DNA of 64,000 nucleotides from Candidatus Krumholzibacteriia bacterium (GTDB lineage: Bacteria; Krumholzibacteriota; Krumholzibacteriia; Krumholzibacteriales; Krumholzibacteriaceae). The stretch lies in NCBI GenBank assembly GCA_023131975.1, contig JAGLYV010000077.1, forward strand, positions 24,546 to 88,545. The letters are read 5' to 3'. Of this stretch, positions 21,910 through 32,078 are shown one piece after another; positions within the stretch are counted from its first letter, which is position 1; every line of letters starts with the position of its first letter. The notes below the pieces were generated by a model. The model was not told the origin of the DNA, searched no databases, and saw only the letters and a program-made list of their open reading frames with translations. A program made the position numbers and the translations under genes.

Positions 21910-22714
21910 CGTCAAATTGCCGGAGCTTGAAGGTGAGATAGAAGCTTATCTATTCGCATCCGATACTCCCATATCGCCCTCACGTCTTCAATCGATGACC
22001 GGTGTTACTTCAGTGAAAGATGTCAAGGGCGCGGTAAAATCTCTGGAGGATTTCTACAGGGAACACAGTAGAAGTTTCGGTATTGTCGAAGTCGCGGGTG
22101 GTTATCAGCTGGTCACTCTCCCGGAATATGCCGACAGAGTCGCAAGGCTTTTCAAAAGCCGCAGGAAGGCGAGGCTTTCCCGGCCGGCTCTTGAGACCCT
22201 GGCTATTATAGCATATAAGCAGCCGATCAACAGGCTGGCTATCGAAGCGATCAGGGGTGTCAATTGCGATGGTGTTCTCACTACGCTGATCGACAGGGAA
22301 CTCGTAACGATCAGCGGCAGGGGTGAGGGTGTCGGAAAACCGTACCTTTATTCGACGACGACAAGGTTCCTGGAGTATCTTGGCTTGAAGGATTATCGAG
22401 AATTGCCGGATATGGCTGAACTTGAGAAAAATCTTATGGATCTGGAACTGATCCCAAGACCCCGCGACGAGGCTGGGGATGCTTACGTTCATTCAGCAAC
22501 GGATCATGATATATCACCTGACAGTAAAAACTCTGACGCACAGGCCGAAGATGCCGGATCTTTGGATAATTCCGGTGATGATCCGGATAAAGAGGCAGAG
22601 CCCGTTATTGAGGGTGAGGACTCCGGGCAAGTAGTAGATGAGTCAGATAAAAGTGAAGATATATCCACGGATATGGAAGCCGATGAAGAAGATGGGAAAA
22701 ACGCTGTCCAGTAA
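21884..22714 (+). CDS. scpB: Segregation and condensation protein B with acidic C-terminal tail
   Basis: EVAGGYQL, LSRPALETLAIIAYKQP, IRGVN, FLEYLGL; start uncertain (21863 or 21884). Confidence 0.95.
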   Translation: MEQEQKQDNVKLPELEGEIEAYLFASDTPISPSRLQSMTGVTSVKDVKGAVKSLEDFYREHSRSFGIVEVAGGYQLVTLPEYADRVARLFKSRRKARLSRPALETLAIIAYKQPINRLAIEAIRGVNCDGVLTTLIDRELVTISGRGEGVGKPYLYSTTTRFLEYLGLKDYRELPDMAELEKNLMDLELIPRPRDEAGDAYVHSATDHDISPDSKNSDAQAEDAGSLDNSGDDPDKEAEPVIEGEDSGQVVDESDKSEDISTDMEADEEDGKNAVQ

Positions 22715-23463
22715 TGAGTCCAATAATCAGGATCAATAGATTTCTAGCTTCCGCCGGACTCGGATCCCGCAGAAAATGCGAAGATCTCGTAAATGGAGGA
22801 AAAGTCTTCATAAACGGAAATCTCCTTACAGATCTTTCAACAACGGTTAATACGGAGTCGGATGTCGTAACGATCGATGGAAAGCGCATAGAGATCTCCG
22901 AACACAAAATAATACTGGTCCTGAACAAGCCCAGGGGGATCCTGAGCGCCGCCGTCGACGACAGAGATCGAAAGACCGTAATCGACCTCGCCAGAGATAA
23001 GGGTTTCACAGAAAGACTCTTCCCGGTCGGCAGGCTCGACATGGACACCTCCGGAATCATTCTGCTGACAAACGACGGCGACCTTTCATACAGGCTGACT
23101 CACCCAAAATACAAAATTGATAAGACGTATATTGTCACAATCGATGGGAAGATATCTACTTCAACGCTAAGGGCGATCAGGTCTGGAGTCCGACTTGAGG
23201 ATTTCACTACTGCTCCCTGCAAAGTCCTTATTCTCAAAGAAGACGAGAGAAGGACAACACTTGAGATCATTATTCACGAAGGAAAAAAAAGGCAGATCAG
23301 AAGGACGTTTCGGAAATTCGGGCACAGGATCATCGACCTGCACAGAGCAGCACTGGGGAATCTCTTCTTCGAGGATCTGGCGCCAGGGGAGATAAGGATG
23401 CTGACAAATGAGGAAAACAGGATCCTTAGAGAAAAGTCGGGGCTATTGAAAAGGAGTTTTTAA
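22714..23463 (+). CDS. rluB: RsuA/RluB-family rRNA pseudouridine synthase
   Basis: S4 domain (GLGSRRKCE), LNKPRG, PVGRLDMDTSG, EGKKRQIRR; follows scpAB. Confidence 0.85.
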   Translation: MSPIIRINRFLASAGLGSRRKCEDLVNGGKVFINGNLLTDLSTTVNTESDVVTIDGKRIEISEHKIILVLNKPRGILSAAVDDRDRKTVIDLARDKGFTERLFPVGRLDMDTSGIILLTNDGDLSYRLTHPKYKIDKTYIVTIDGKISTSTLRAIRSGVRLEDFTTAPCKVLILKEDERRTTLEIIIHEGKKRQIRRTFRKFGHRIIDLHRAALGNLFFEDLAPGEIRMLTNEENRILREKSGLLKRSF

Positions 23464-24569
23464 TGAGTGTTAAGGACTTGATGAAGCGGCATCTTCAGAA
23501 TGTAAAACCTTACATTCCCGGCAAACCGGTCGAGGAATTGAGAAGAGAAAAGAATATCAAGGGTGAAATAATCAAACTTGCCTCGAATGAGAATCCCTAT
23601 GAACCCCTGGACGAGATCAAGCGGGCCATAATGGACGAGATAAGCCAGCTGGGTCGTTATCCTAATTCTGGAAGTCATTACCTCAGTCACGAACTGGCTG
23701 AACATCATGGGGTGGAGCCCGGGCAGATATTTGTCGGAAACGGTTCGAACGAGATACTCGACCTGCTTGTCAGAGCATTTATCAACCCGGGAGAGGAAGC
23801 CGCTTACCCATTTCCAAGTTTCATTGCCTATCCCCTCATTTGCCAGCAGGCTGGCGTGGCCGAGATCAAAGTTCCACTGAAAGACTACCGGCTTGACCTG
23901 GTTGCCCTGAAGGACGCTTTGACTCCCGCGACAAAAATGGTCTTCATCTGCAACCCGAATAATCCGACAGGAACCTACGTGACAGCAAGTGAAGTCGACA
24001 CCTTTCTCGAAGGTCTGCCTGACGATATACTGGTAGTATTCGATGAGGCATATTTTGAATATGTCACAGCTGATGATTACCCTGACACAAAAAGTATTCT
24101 GGGAAAACGTGAGAACATCATCATCCTCAGGACATTCTCCAAGGCCTTCTCTCTTTCAGGACTCAGGATCGGGTATTCGATCTCACATGTGGATCTTGCC
24201 ACCTGCCTGCATATGGTGAGGCAGCCATTCAATGTGAACCGGATAGCCCAGATAGCGGCAAGGGCTGCTCTCAGGAGCAGGGATGGCCTGAAGGAACGGA
24301 TAGATGAGAACAACCAGCAGAGAGAATGGGTCGGCGACAATCTTAGAAAACTGGGATTCGATGTTCCTGCATCTCAGACAAACTTTCTCCTTGCTGTCCC
24401 GCTTGAAGATAAACATGAGAATCTTGTCGGAAAGATGATGGACAGGGGAGTCATTGTCAGATCCGCGAATCCATGGGGATTGGGCAAGGAAGCTTTCAGG
24501 GTCTCAATGGGGACTCCGGAAGAAAACAGGATCTTCCTGGACGTACTTGGCAGCATTCTGGAAACATGA
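23463..24569 (+). CDS. hisC: Histidinol-phosphate/aromatic aminotransferase
   Basis: KLASNENP, GNGSNE, CNPNNPTG, DEAY, RTFSKAFSLSGLRIGY. Confidence 0.93.
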   Translation: MSVKDLMKRHLQNVKPYIPGKPVEELRREKNIKGEIIKLASNENPYEPLDEIKRAIMDEISQLGRYPNSGSHYLSHELAEHHGVEPGQIFVGNGSNEILDLLVRAFINPGEEAAYPFPSFIAYPLICQQAGVAEIKVPLKDYRLDLVALKDALTPATKMVFICNPNNPTGTYVTASEVDTFLEGLPDDILVVFDEAYFEYVTADDYPDTKSILGKRENIIILRTFSKAFSLSGLRIGYSISHVDLATCLHMVRQPFNVNRIAQIAARAALRSRDGLKERIDENNQQREWVGDNLRKLGFDVPASQTNFLLAVPLEDKHENLVGKMMDRGVIVRSANPWGLGKEAFRVSMGTPEENRIFLDVLGSILET

Positions 24570-24579
24570 CATCAGCCCG

Positions 24580-24602
24580 CGGATCCTGAGGACCAGGATC
24601 CG
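24580..24602. other. Intergenic hairpin between hisC and cmk
   Basis: Perfect 9-bp inverted repeat CGGATCCTG-N5-CAGGATCCG with no adjacent U tract. Confidence 0.45.
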
Positions 24603-24619
24603 GACGCAAGAAAGTTTTT

Positions 24620-25954
24620 ATGAAGGATATTATTGTCACTATCGACGGACACGCTGGTTCGGGCAAAAGCACGACCGCAGCGCTTCTCGCCGACAGGCTT
24701 GGACTGATGTACCTTGATACCGGGGCTATGTACAGAGCTGTTACATACGCGGTGATCAGCCGGGGTATCGATCCTGAGGATGAGGAAAAAGTCTCCGGGA
24801 TCGCAGAAACTATTTCCATCGAGTTGAAGGATTCAGACGGTAGACCTGTTTTCTTCCTTGACGGAGAGGAAGTAGAGTCAAAGATCAGGACATTGGAAGT
24901 CTCCAACGCTGTTTCGCCTGTCAGTCAGCACCGGGGTGTCAGAAAATCGATGGTCAGGATACAGAGGAAGATCGGGGCCGGAGGAGGGATAGTCGCGGAA
25001 GGCCGAGACACGGGAACGACTGTCTTTCCATCTGCTGAAGTCAAGGTGTTCCTGGAAGCTGATACAGAAGCGAGGGTCGAAAGAAGGGTCGCCCAGATGC
25101 GCTCTATGGGAATGGATCCGGATCCTGAAGAGATAAGACGCAATATTGCTGAAAGGGACAGTATAGACTCCGGCAGGGAACACAGCCCGCTCAGAAAGGC
25201 CCCGGGCTCTGTAGTAGTCAATACATCGACGACCACCATAGAGGGACAGGTCGATATAATAGAAAAAGCAGTCAGGAAAGAATATGAAAGATTGTCGCAA
25301 CTGCGGATCCAGCGCGGCCAACCTTCGGGATCGCGAAAAGCCCCCATCTACTGGCGCATTACAGTGGGGGCAGTGTATTGTTTTTTCAGGATCGTATTCG
25401 GCCTGAAGGTGTATGGGATGGAGAATCTCTTGTACAGGGAGAATTTCATTATTGCATCGAACCACATCTCTTATGCGGATCCTCTGCTGGTCGGTTGCGT
25501 CGTGAAGCGGGAAATCTGGTTTATGGCAAAGATAGAGCTGTTTAAAAACAGGTTTTTAGGATGGCTGATAAGGAAATACCACGCGTTTCCCGTAAAGCGT
25601 GGGGCGGCTGACCGAAAATCTATCAAGGTGATATTCGAAAAACTTGCCGACGGATATTCGGTCCTGTTGTTTCCTGAGGGTACGAGATCCAGGACAGGGG
25701 AAATAGGGAAATTAAAGTCCGGACTTGGCTTTATCGCGATGAGTACTGGCAAGAGTATCGTTCCGGTCTTTATAAAGGGTGCCGGCATGCTCGGCAGGTG
25801 CATGATGCGAAAAGAAAAGCTGGAAGTCCGCATAGGTCGGCCGATAAGACTGAATCCTGATTATGTTCCGGAAGACAGAAAATCAGACTACGAAATACTG
25901 GCTGGAATGATATCTGAATCCCTGAAGGTGCTTAAAGATGAATCGGAAGCTTGA
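24620..25954 (+). CDS. cmk: Cytidylate kinase fused to 1-acyl-sn-glycerol-3-phosphate acyltransferase (PlsC)
   Basis: IDGHAGSGKST, YLDTGAMYRA, AEGRDTGTTVFP; C-terminal NHISYAD and FPEGTRS; one uninterrupted ORF. Confidence 0.93.
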   Translation: MKDIIVTIDGHAGSGKSTTAALLADRLGLMYLDTGAMYRAVTYAVISRGIDPEDEEKVSGIAETISIELKDSDGRPVFFLDGEEVESKIRTLEVSNAVSPVSQHRGVRKSMVRIQRKIGAGGGIVAEGRDTGTTVFPSAEVKVFLEADTEARVERRVAQMRSMGMDPDPEEIRRNIAERDSIDSGREHSPLRKAPGSVVVNTSTTTIEGQVDIIEKAVRKEYERLSQLRIQRGQPSGSRKAPIYWRITVGAVYCFFRIVFGLKVYGMENLLYRENFIIASNHISYADPLLVGCVVKREIWFMAKIELFKNRFLGWLIRKYHAFPVKRGAADRKSIKVIFEKLADGYSVLLFPEGTRSRTGEIGKLKSGLGFIAMSTGKSIVPVFIKGAGMLGRCMMRKEKLEVRIGRPIRLNPDYVPEDRKSDYEILAGMISESLKVLKDESEA

Positions 25955-26798
25955 AGTCGTCTGTTCTCCTCACACAGGATACTGTTTCGGGGTTAAAAGG
26001 GCCATGACACTCATTGAGGAAGGTCTCTCAAAGAATGGACTCCGGATATATACCATCGGTGACGTGATACACAATCCCCAGGCCGTTCGGAAGCTCATGG
26101 AAAAAGGCGTCATCCCCGTTGATTCAATGGATGAGCTGGGAGCAGGAGACACTCTGATAATCAGGGCTCATGGGGTCGATCCTTCGATCAGGGTACAGGC
26201 TGAAAAAATGGGGATCAAGCTTATTGATACAACATGCCCCTTCGTGCGGAAGATACAGGAATATGTCGAAAAAATGTCCATGGAGGCGCGGCAGGTCATA
26301 ATCATTGGAGATTCAAGTCATCCCGAGGTCAAGGGCATTGCCGGACGAGCTGAAGGAGGAGTGATCATTATTGATTCTCAATCTGATGCCATGAAAGTCG
26401 AAGGAGTCCAACAGGCCGGGGTCGTTATCCAGACCACCTACGCGCGTGAAAAAGCCATGGGTATAATAGAGATACTTCGCAGGAAGATTCCCGACCTGAG
26501 GAGTTATGACACTATATGCCAGGCAACTACACTCAGACGAGAGGCGACTCTCGAACTTGCCCGCTCAGTCGATATGATGCTGGTGGTAGGAGGCAAGAGA
26601 AGTTCAAATACTAAAAGACTTTACAAGATGTGTATCGATTCAGGGATAGAGGCAAGATTTATCGAGACATCGAAAGAGATTTTGCCTGAATGGTTCGAAA
26701 AGTACAGAAAAATAGGACTCGCGACAGGGACATCGACTCCAGAATGGGTCGTCAGTGATGTCTTGCAAAGACTTCACGAAATAGCTGCCAGTATCTGA
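25938..26798 (+). CDS. ispH: 4-hydroxy-3-methylbut-2-enyl diphosphate reductase
   Basis: GYCFGV, IHNP, IRAHG, TTCPFV, HPEV, TICQAT, SSNT. Confidence 0.97.
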   Translation: MNRKLEVVCSPHTGYCFGVKRAMTLIEEGLSKNGLRIYTIGDVIHNPQAVRKLMEKGVIPVDSMDELGAGDTLIIRAHGVDPSIRVQAEKMGIKLIDTTCPFVRKIQEYVEKMSMEARQVIIIGDSSHPEVKGIAGRAEGGVIIIDSQSDAMKVEGVQQAGVVIQTTYAREKAMGIIEILRRKIPDLRSYDTICQATTLRREATLELARSVDMMLVVGGKRSSNTKRLYKMCIDSGIEARFIETSKEILPEWFEKYRKIGLATGTSTPEWVVSDVLQRLHEIAASI

Positions 26799-26834
26799 CA
26801 ACTCAAAAGCCCCTCCTGAACAGTCAAAAACCGC

Positions 26835-26863
26835 TTGCGATTCTTTTCGTAAGGACCTATCAT
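26835..26863 (+). promoter_or_regulatory. sigma70-type promoter for rpsA
   Basis: TTGCGA-N17-TATCAT. Confidence 0.6.
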
Positions 26864-26901
26864 AACTCTGTTAAAATCCATATGAAAGGGGCGATTAATC
26901 G

Positions 26902-28998
26902 ATGCACGAAGAAAAATTCGAGGAAACACAGCAGGGCACCGGAATATCCGGGACAACCGGTAAGGAGGAGACTGGCGGAACCAAAATCAACTCCACCAAG
27001 TATTCCTACCTGGCCATGTTCGAGGCGGTGACTCCCGGGGAAATCGATTCCGATTTTGAGGAGGGAGAAGACTGGCTCGAAATCGCGGGAGGTATCCGCA
27101 CAGAGGCCGATGAACTGAAGGAAGGCAAGATCGTAAAAGGTACTGTCTATTCAGTTCACGAGAAAGAGATCATTCTCGACGTCGGATTCAAGAGTGAGGG
27201 TACAATTCCCATCAATGAATTCGCCAATTGTACAGAGGTCAAAAAAGGTGACGTCTTTGACGTTTTTCTTGAGAAGATGGAAAATCAGGACGGACTGATT
27301 GTCCTTTCAAAGATGAAAGCCGACTTCCTCAAGGCCTGGAACGAGATCAAGGAAGCATATGATGACGCAAGTACAGTCAATGCCCTGGTAGACAGAAGGA
27401 TCAAGGGTGGGCTGGTCGTCAAATTGATGGGAGTCGACGCGTTCCTTCCGGGATCGCAGATCGCTCTCCGCCAGGTCCCGAATCTTGACGATCTTATCGG
27501 CAAGGAACTCGATTGCAAGATCATCAAGCTTAACAAGAGAAGAAGAAACATCGTCGTTTCCCGCAGAGTCGTGCTGGAAGCCGAGCGTGAGGAAAACAAG
27601 AAGACTCTCCTCGCCGAGATAGAGGTCGGAGAGATTCGCGAAGGTATCGTAAAGAATATCACCGATTTCGGCGCGTTTGTCGATCTTGGTGGTATCGACG
27701 GGCTTCTACACCTGACAGATCTCACATGGGGCAGGGTCAGCCATCCTTCGGAAGTAGTAGCTATCAGTGACAAGCTGAAGGTCAAGGTCCTTGATTTCGA
27801 CAAGGAAAGAGAGAGGATCTCCCTCGGCCTCAAGCAGCTCACGCCATATCCGTGGGAAGGTGTCGAGGAACGCTATCCAATCGCTAAGAAGATGAGAGGC
27901 AAGGTAGTCTCGATCACCGATTACGGTGCTTTCGTTGAACTTGAAAAAGGCATCGAAGGCCTTATACATATCTCGGAGATGTCCTGGACACGACATGTAA
28001 AGCATCCTTCCAAGGTCGTTGCGATCGGCGATACAGTGGAAGCTGTCATCCTGAATGTCGACAAGGAACACGAGAAAATATCGCTTGGCCTTAAACAGCT
28101 GGAACCGGACCCATGGAAAGCTCTCGAGAGTAAGTACCCGGCCGGAACCAGATTGAATGGCAAAGTCAGAAACCTGACTAATTTCGGCGCATTTGTGGAA
28201 ATCGAAGACGGCATCGATGGCCTCGTTCATATTTCCGACATGTCATGGGCAAAGAGGATAAGGCACCCGTCGGAAATGGTCCGAAAAGGTGACGAAGTCG
28301 AAGTAGTCGTCCTTGAGATCGACAGCTCGAAAAGAAGGATCAGCCTGGGAATGAAGCAGACGAGAGAAAATCCATGGACGGATCTGGCCAACGAGTTCAC
28401 TGTCGGCACGGAAACGCCAGGAATTATCTCGAGGATCCTTGACAGGGGTGCTGTAGTAGAGCTCAGGACTGATGTAGAAGGCTTTGTCCCTCTTTCCCAT
28501 CTAGGGATCGACGGTATCAAGAAGCCTACCGAGCACTTCGATACGAATAACAAACTTCCTCTGAAAGTCATCAAGATGGATCCCCAGAACAAACGCATCG
28601 TCCTTAGCGTTAACGCGTTTTTCGAGGGAAAACCCAAGGAAGAGCTGGATGAGTTCAGAGAGAAATTCCCGAGAAGAGAGGTCAGTAGTGATTCGGCGGA
28701 TGATGCTGGAGATATTGCTGAACCATATGATGATGCTTATCAGGAAGATGTCGCTGCCGAGAAGGCTCCTGAGCCTGAAGCAGAGACAGTCGAAGAACCT
28801 CTGGATGAGGTGAAGACCGACGAGACTCCCGATGCTGAACCTTCCGAACCTGCGGTTGAGGAAAAAGCCGTTGAAAAAGAAGTTTCAGAAGAAACAGCCG
28901 TCGAAGAAGAAGCTTCAGAAGAAACAACAGACGAAGAAGCAGTTTCAGAAGAAGCAACAGACGAAAAAGCTGTAGAGGATGAAGAGAAGAAGGATTAG
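26902..28998 (+). CDS. rpsA: 30S ribosomal protein S1 with long acidic tail
   Basis: Six S1 repeats (FGAFVDLGGIDGLLH, YGAFVELEKGIEGLIH, FGAFVEIEDGIDGLVH); ~105-aa D/E-rich C-terminus. Confidence 0.99.
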   Translation: MHEEKFEETQQGTGISGTTGKEETGGTKINSTKYSYLAMFEAVTPGEIDSDFEEGEDWLEIAGGIRTEADELKEGKIVKGTVYSVHEKEIILDVGFKSEGTIPINEFANCTEVKKGDVFDVFLEKMENQDGLIVLSKMKADFLKAWNEIKEAYDDASTVNALVDRRIKGGLVVKLMGVDAFLPGSQIALRQVPNLDDLIGKELDCKIIKLNKRRRNIVVSRRVVLEAEREENKKTLLAEIEVGEIREGIVKNITDFGAFVDLGGIDGLLHLTDLTWGRVSHPSEVVAISDKLKVKVLDFDKERERISLGLKQLTPYPWEGVEERYPIAKKMRGKVVSITDYGAFVELEKGIEGLIHISEMSWTRHVKHPSKVVAIGDTVEAVILNVDKEHEKISLGLKQLEPDPWKALESKYPAGTRLNGKVRNLTNFGAFVEIEDGIDGLVHISDMSWAKRIRHPSEMVRKGDEVEVVVLEIDSSKRRISLGMKQTRENPWTDLANEFTVGTETPGIISRILDRGAVVELRTDVEGFVPLSHLGIDGIKKPTEHFDTNNKLPLKVIKMDPQNKRIVLSVNAFFEGKPKEELDEFREKFPRREVSSDSADDAGDIAEPYDDAYQEDVAAEKAPEPEAETVEEPLDEVKTDETPDAEPSEPAVEEKAVEKEVSEETAVEEEASEETTDEEAVSEEATDEKAVEDEEKKD
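28861..28980 (+). repeat. Four degenerate 30-bp tandem units in the rpsA tail
   Basis: gaaaaagccgttgaaaaagaagtttcagaa / gaaacagccgtcgaagaagaagcttcagaa / gaaacaacagacgaagaagcagtttcagaa / gaagcaacagacgaaaaagctgtagaggat. Confidence 0.8.
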
Positions 28999-29027
28999 GC
29001 CAAGTAGTTAAGGCTTGTCTTTTTTAT

Positions 29028-29066
29028 GCGGAGTGAGGGTGGTCTGAAGCCTTCACTCCGCTTTGT
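29028..29066 (+). terminator. Intrinsic terminator-like hairpin after rpsA
   Basis: GCGGAGTGAGGG...CCTTCACTCCGC followed by TTTGT. Confidence 0.65.
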
Positions 29067-30400
29067 ATGATATGTGCAATCTGAGAGGGCACGGTCTGGA
29101 CATCGAAAAATCATTCTCAATAACGACCCTTGGCTGCAAACTGAATCAGTTTGAGTCGGAGTGTATCAGGCAGGAACTTATCCGCCTTGGCTGGGAATGC
29201 AGGGATTTCGGGACGAAGGTGTCTTTCAGCATTATTAATACATGTACGGTCACGGGCAAAACGGATTCACGCTGCAGGAATGCGGTACGGAGAGCAAAAC
29301 GCGCGTCCCCCGAAAATCTTGTGGTGGTCACCGGGTGCTACGCTGAAGTGACTCCGAAGGCCCTCGAAATGATGAGCGAGGTCGATTTCGTGCTGGGAAA
29401 CAGCAAAAAGGCTTCCATACCTTTCGAACTTGAAAGACTGGCAGGAAGTAAATCGGATCTCGCTTTCGAATCATCCCCCGAAAAATTCCTTTACGGTATT
29501 GATGATTTCAATAAACATTCGAGGGCATTTATCAAGGTCCAGGAGGGGTGCGATTCATCCTGCACATACTGCATCATTCCGAGGGCGAGAGGCTCGAGCA
29601 GAAGCATTTCCAGGGATGATGTCATCGCACAGGTTGTCAGACTCGAAAATAACGGTATCGAAGAGGTAGTCCTGACAGGAATACATATTGGCCGTTATGG
29701 ATATGATCTCCCAGGTGCGATGAAGCTGGACACTCTCATTTCTGATATATTATCCCATACGGATAAAGTCAGGTTGAGGCTGAGTAGTATAGAGATGAAC
29801 GAAGTGAGTGACGGCATTCTCTCATTGATGGTATCGAGCGAAAGGCTGGCTTCTCACCTCCATATCCCATTGCAGAGCGGTGATGAGGATATCCTCAAGG
29901 CAATGAACCGACCTTATACAGCAACTGATTTCAGGGCTAAAATAGATAAAGTGAAGAAGTCATCCATGGATATATCGATCGGTACTGATATAATCACCGG
30001 CTTTCCGGGAGAGACAGATAGCAGGTTTCGAAATACGAGGAATTTTCTCAAGGCTCTGCCTTTTGATTATTTCCATGTCTTCGCTTTTTCGAGAAGGTCC
30101 GGGACTCCGGCGGATACCATGAACGATCAGGTATCACCGGAAACAAAAAAATCGAGGAGCAGGAAACTTATCCGCCTCGGCAAAAAAAAGAAATTCGAAT
30201 TCATGCGCTCCAGGACCGGGAAAAGGGATGTGGTCCTTGTGCAGAGAAAAGCAAAGCGTTACTCAAGGTTCTTGACTGGTCTAACAGGGAATTACTGCGA
30301 AGTCAGCCTTAAGGCACCTTCTTCGAAATATGGAAAACTCTGTCCGGTGGATATCACCCATTATTCGCGGGGCAGGCTTTACGGTACATTGAGCGAGTAG
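29063..30400 (+). CDS. mtaB: tRNA t6A37 methylthiotransferase MtaB
   Basis: TLGCKLNQFES, NTCTVT, TGCYA, radical SAM GCDSSCTYC, LTGIHIGRYG; true start probably a few codons downstream. Confidence 0.92.
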   Translation: MYDMCNLRGHGLDIEKSFSITTLGCKLNQFESECIRQELIRLGWECRDFGTKVSFSIINTCTVTGKTDSRCRNAVRRAKRASPENLVVVTGCYAEVTPKALEMMSEVDFVLGNSKKASIPFELERLAGSKSDLAFESSPEKFLYGIDDFNKHSRAFIKVQEGCDSSCTYCIIPRARGSSRSISRDDVIAQVVRLENNGIEEVVLTGIHIGRYGYDLPGAMKLDTLISDILSHTDKVRLRLSSIEMNEVSDGILSLMVSSERLASHLHIPLQSGDEDILKAMNRPYTATDFRAKIDKVKKSSMDISIGTDIITGFPGETDSRFRNTRNFLKALPFDYFHVFAFSRRSGTPADTMNDQVSPETKKSRSRKLIRLGKKKKFEFMRSRTGKRDVVLVQRKAKRYSRFLTGLTGNYCEVSLKAPSSKYGKLCPVDITHYSRGRLYGTLSE

Positions 30401-30435
30401 AATGTCATTTACAGGGAAGGTCAAAAGTACCTGAT

Positions 30436-31731
30436 ATGATGAAAGCATATTATGAATCTTTCGGCTGTCAGATGAACGCATTTGACACAGAAGTCATCGA
30501 ATCCATGATGACAGCATCCGGGTTTGAGACCGTACAATCGGCCGAAATGGCTGATGTCATAATCGTTAATACCTGCAGTGTGAGAGAAAATGCGGAACAG
30601 AGAGCCATTGGTCGACTGAATGATCTTTCGAGGAACAAGGCTGTTCTGGTGGTATGCGGATGTATGGCACAGAGGATGGGAGACAGCCTTTTTGACAAAG
30701 TATCGGGATTGTCCCTGATAGTAGGGCCAGACAACTACCTTGAGCTTGTATCCGCCGTAATTTCGATTATTGAAGGCGGAGAAAAGAATGTGATCACAGG
30801 GCAGGATGGTAAGGCTGCCTATCGCCTGGGATCGACCGGCAGCGAGAAGGGCGGGAGGGTATCCCGTTTTCTTTCGATTACCCGTGGATGCGAGAACTTC
30901 TGTTCCTACTGCATAGTTCCTTATCTCAGAGGCGCCGTGAGGAGCCGGGATATCGCTCAAATCCTGCGTGAGGTGAAGATCCTCACTGCAGCCGGTACTG
31001 AAGAAATCACTCTTCTCGGTCAAAACGTAATGGCCTACAATCGGGACGGAGTTGATTTCGCAGGTCTCATCCGCCATATCCTTGAAAACTCTGATATCAG
31101 GCGATTGAGATTCCTGACCACACATCCCCGAGATGTAAACACGCAGATATTCCAGATAATGAAGGAGGATCCACGGCTGTGTCCTCATATCCATCTTCCA
31201 TTCCAGGCAGGAAGTAATCGCATACTTTCCATGATGGGAAGAGGATATACCAGGGAACATTATCTTGATATTATCTCTGAAGCACGTGAGATCATGCCCG
31301 ATCTTGCAATCTCGACAGATATCATAGTCGGATTTCCCTCGGAAACGGACTCTGATTTCGAGGAAACGCTTGATATTATAAGGAAGTGCAGATTCGATTC
31401 GGCTTTTACATTTAAATATTCACCCAGAGAGGGTACGGAAGCATACAAAATGGACGATGACGTTTCTTCGGAACTGAAGAAGGAAAGACTGAAAAGGCTG
31501 AATAGCCTGGTCCAGAAGATAAGAAAGGACATCCTGGAGTCGAGGATCGGGCTGATTGATGAAATCCTCCTTGACGCTAGGGTAAAAAAAGGGGAAAATC
31601 TTTTCTGGAAAGGTCGAACGCCGCATTTCAGAAATGTTCTCGTAAGTAGCGACGATCTGAACCAGGGAGAGATTCTGCGAGTCTCTCTCTCAGGGATAAG
31701 AAACTTCACTTACCTTGGTGAAGTGGTGTGA
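30436..31731 (+). CDS. miaB: tRNA i6A37 methylthiotransferase MiaB
   Basis: FGCQMNAFD, NTCSVRENAE, GCMAQ, GCENFCSYCIVPY, LLGQNV, FKYSPREGT. Confidence 0.95.
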   Translation: MMKAYYESFGCQMNAFDTEVIESMMTASGFETVQSAEMADVIIVNTCSVRENAEQRAIGRLNDLSRNKAVLVVCGCMAQRMGDSLFDKVSGLSLIVGPDNYLELVSAVISIIEGGEKNVITGQDGKAAYRLGSTGSEKGGRVSRFLSITRGCENFCSYCIVPYLRGAVRSRDIAQILREVKILTAAGTEEITLLGQNVMAYNRDGVDFAGLIRHILENSDIRRLRFLTTHPRDVNTQIFQIMKEDPRLCPHIHLPFQAGSNRILSMMGRGYTREHYLDIISEAREIMPDLAISTDIIVGFPSETDSDFEETLDIIRKCRFDSAFTFKYSPREGTEAYKMDDDVSSELKKERLKRLNSLVQKIRKDILESRIGLIDEILLDARVKKGENLFWKGRTPHFRNVLVSSDDLNQGEILRVSLSGIRNFTYLGEVV

Positions 31732-32066
31732 AGGAGGTAAAATTCGTGTGGATCTTTCGTGGTATCATTCTTCTTGTCGGTTTTGTCGGCCTCAGCTGGC
31801 TTGGAACGAGAAACGCAGGCACCCGAGTGACATTTCATTTTTTTACAAAGACATTCGTCGATGTTGAGTTGAATGTCATCATGTTAGTTACTTTTATCTC
31901 GGGAATGATTGCATGGGCTATTGGAGCCTGGATCAGGGAGGCTCAACTCAGGCTGCATCTTGTCAAGGAGAGGAAGCTCAATAAAAAATTAAAAGTAGAG
32001 ATCTCAGATCTCAGGACTCTTCCGCTCGAGGATGACGAAGTCGTCGATTCGGATCCCGTACAATAG
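31728..32066 (+). CDS. lapA: LapA-family membrane protein
   Basis: Two TM segments plus a coiled-coil tail; directly upstream of lapB; GTG start overlaps the miaB stop. Confidence 0.75.
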   Translation: MKEVKFVWIFRGIILLVGFVGLSWLGTRNAGTRVTFHFFTKTFVDVELNVIMLVTFISGMIAWAIGAWIREAQLRLHLVKERKLNKKLKVEISDLRTLPLEDDEVVDSDPVQ

Positions 32067-32078
32067 AAAGAATTCATC

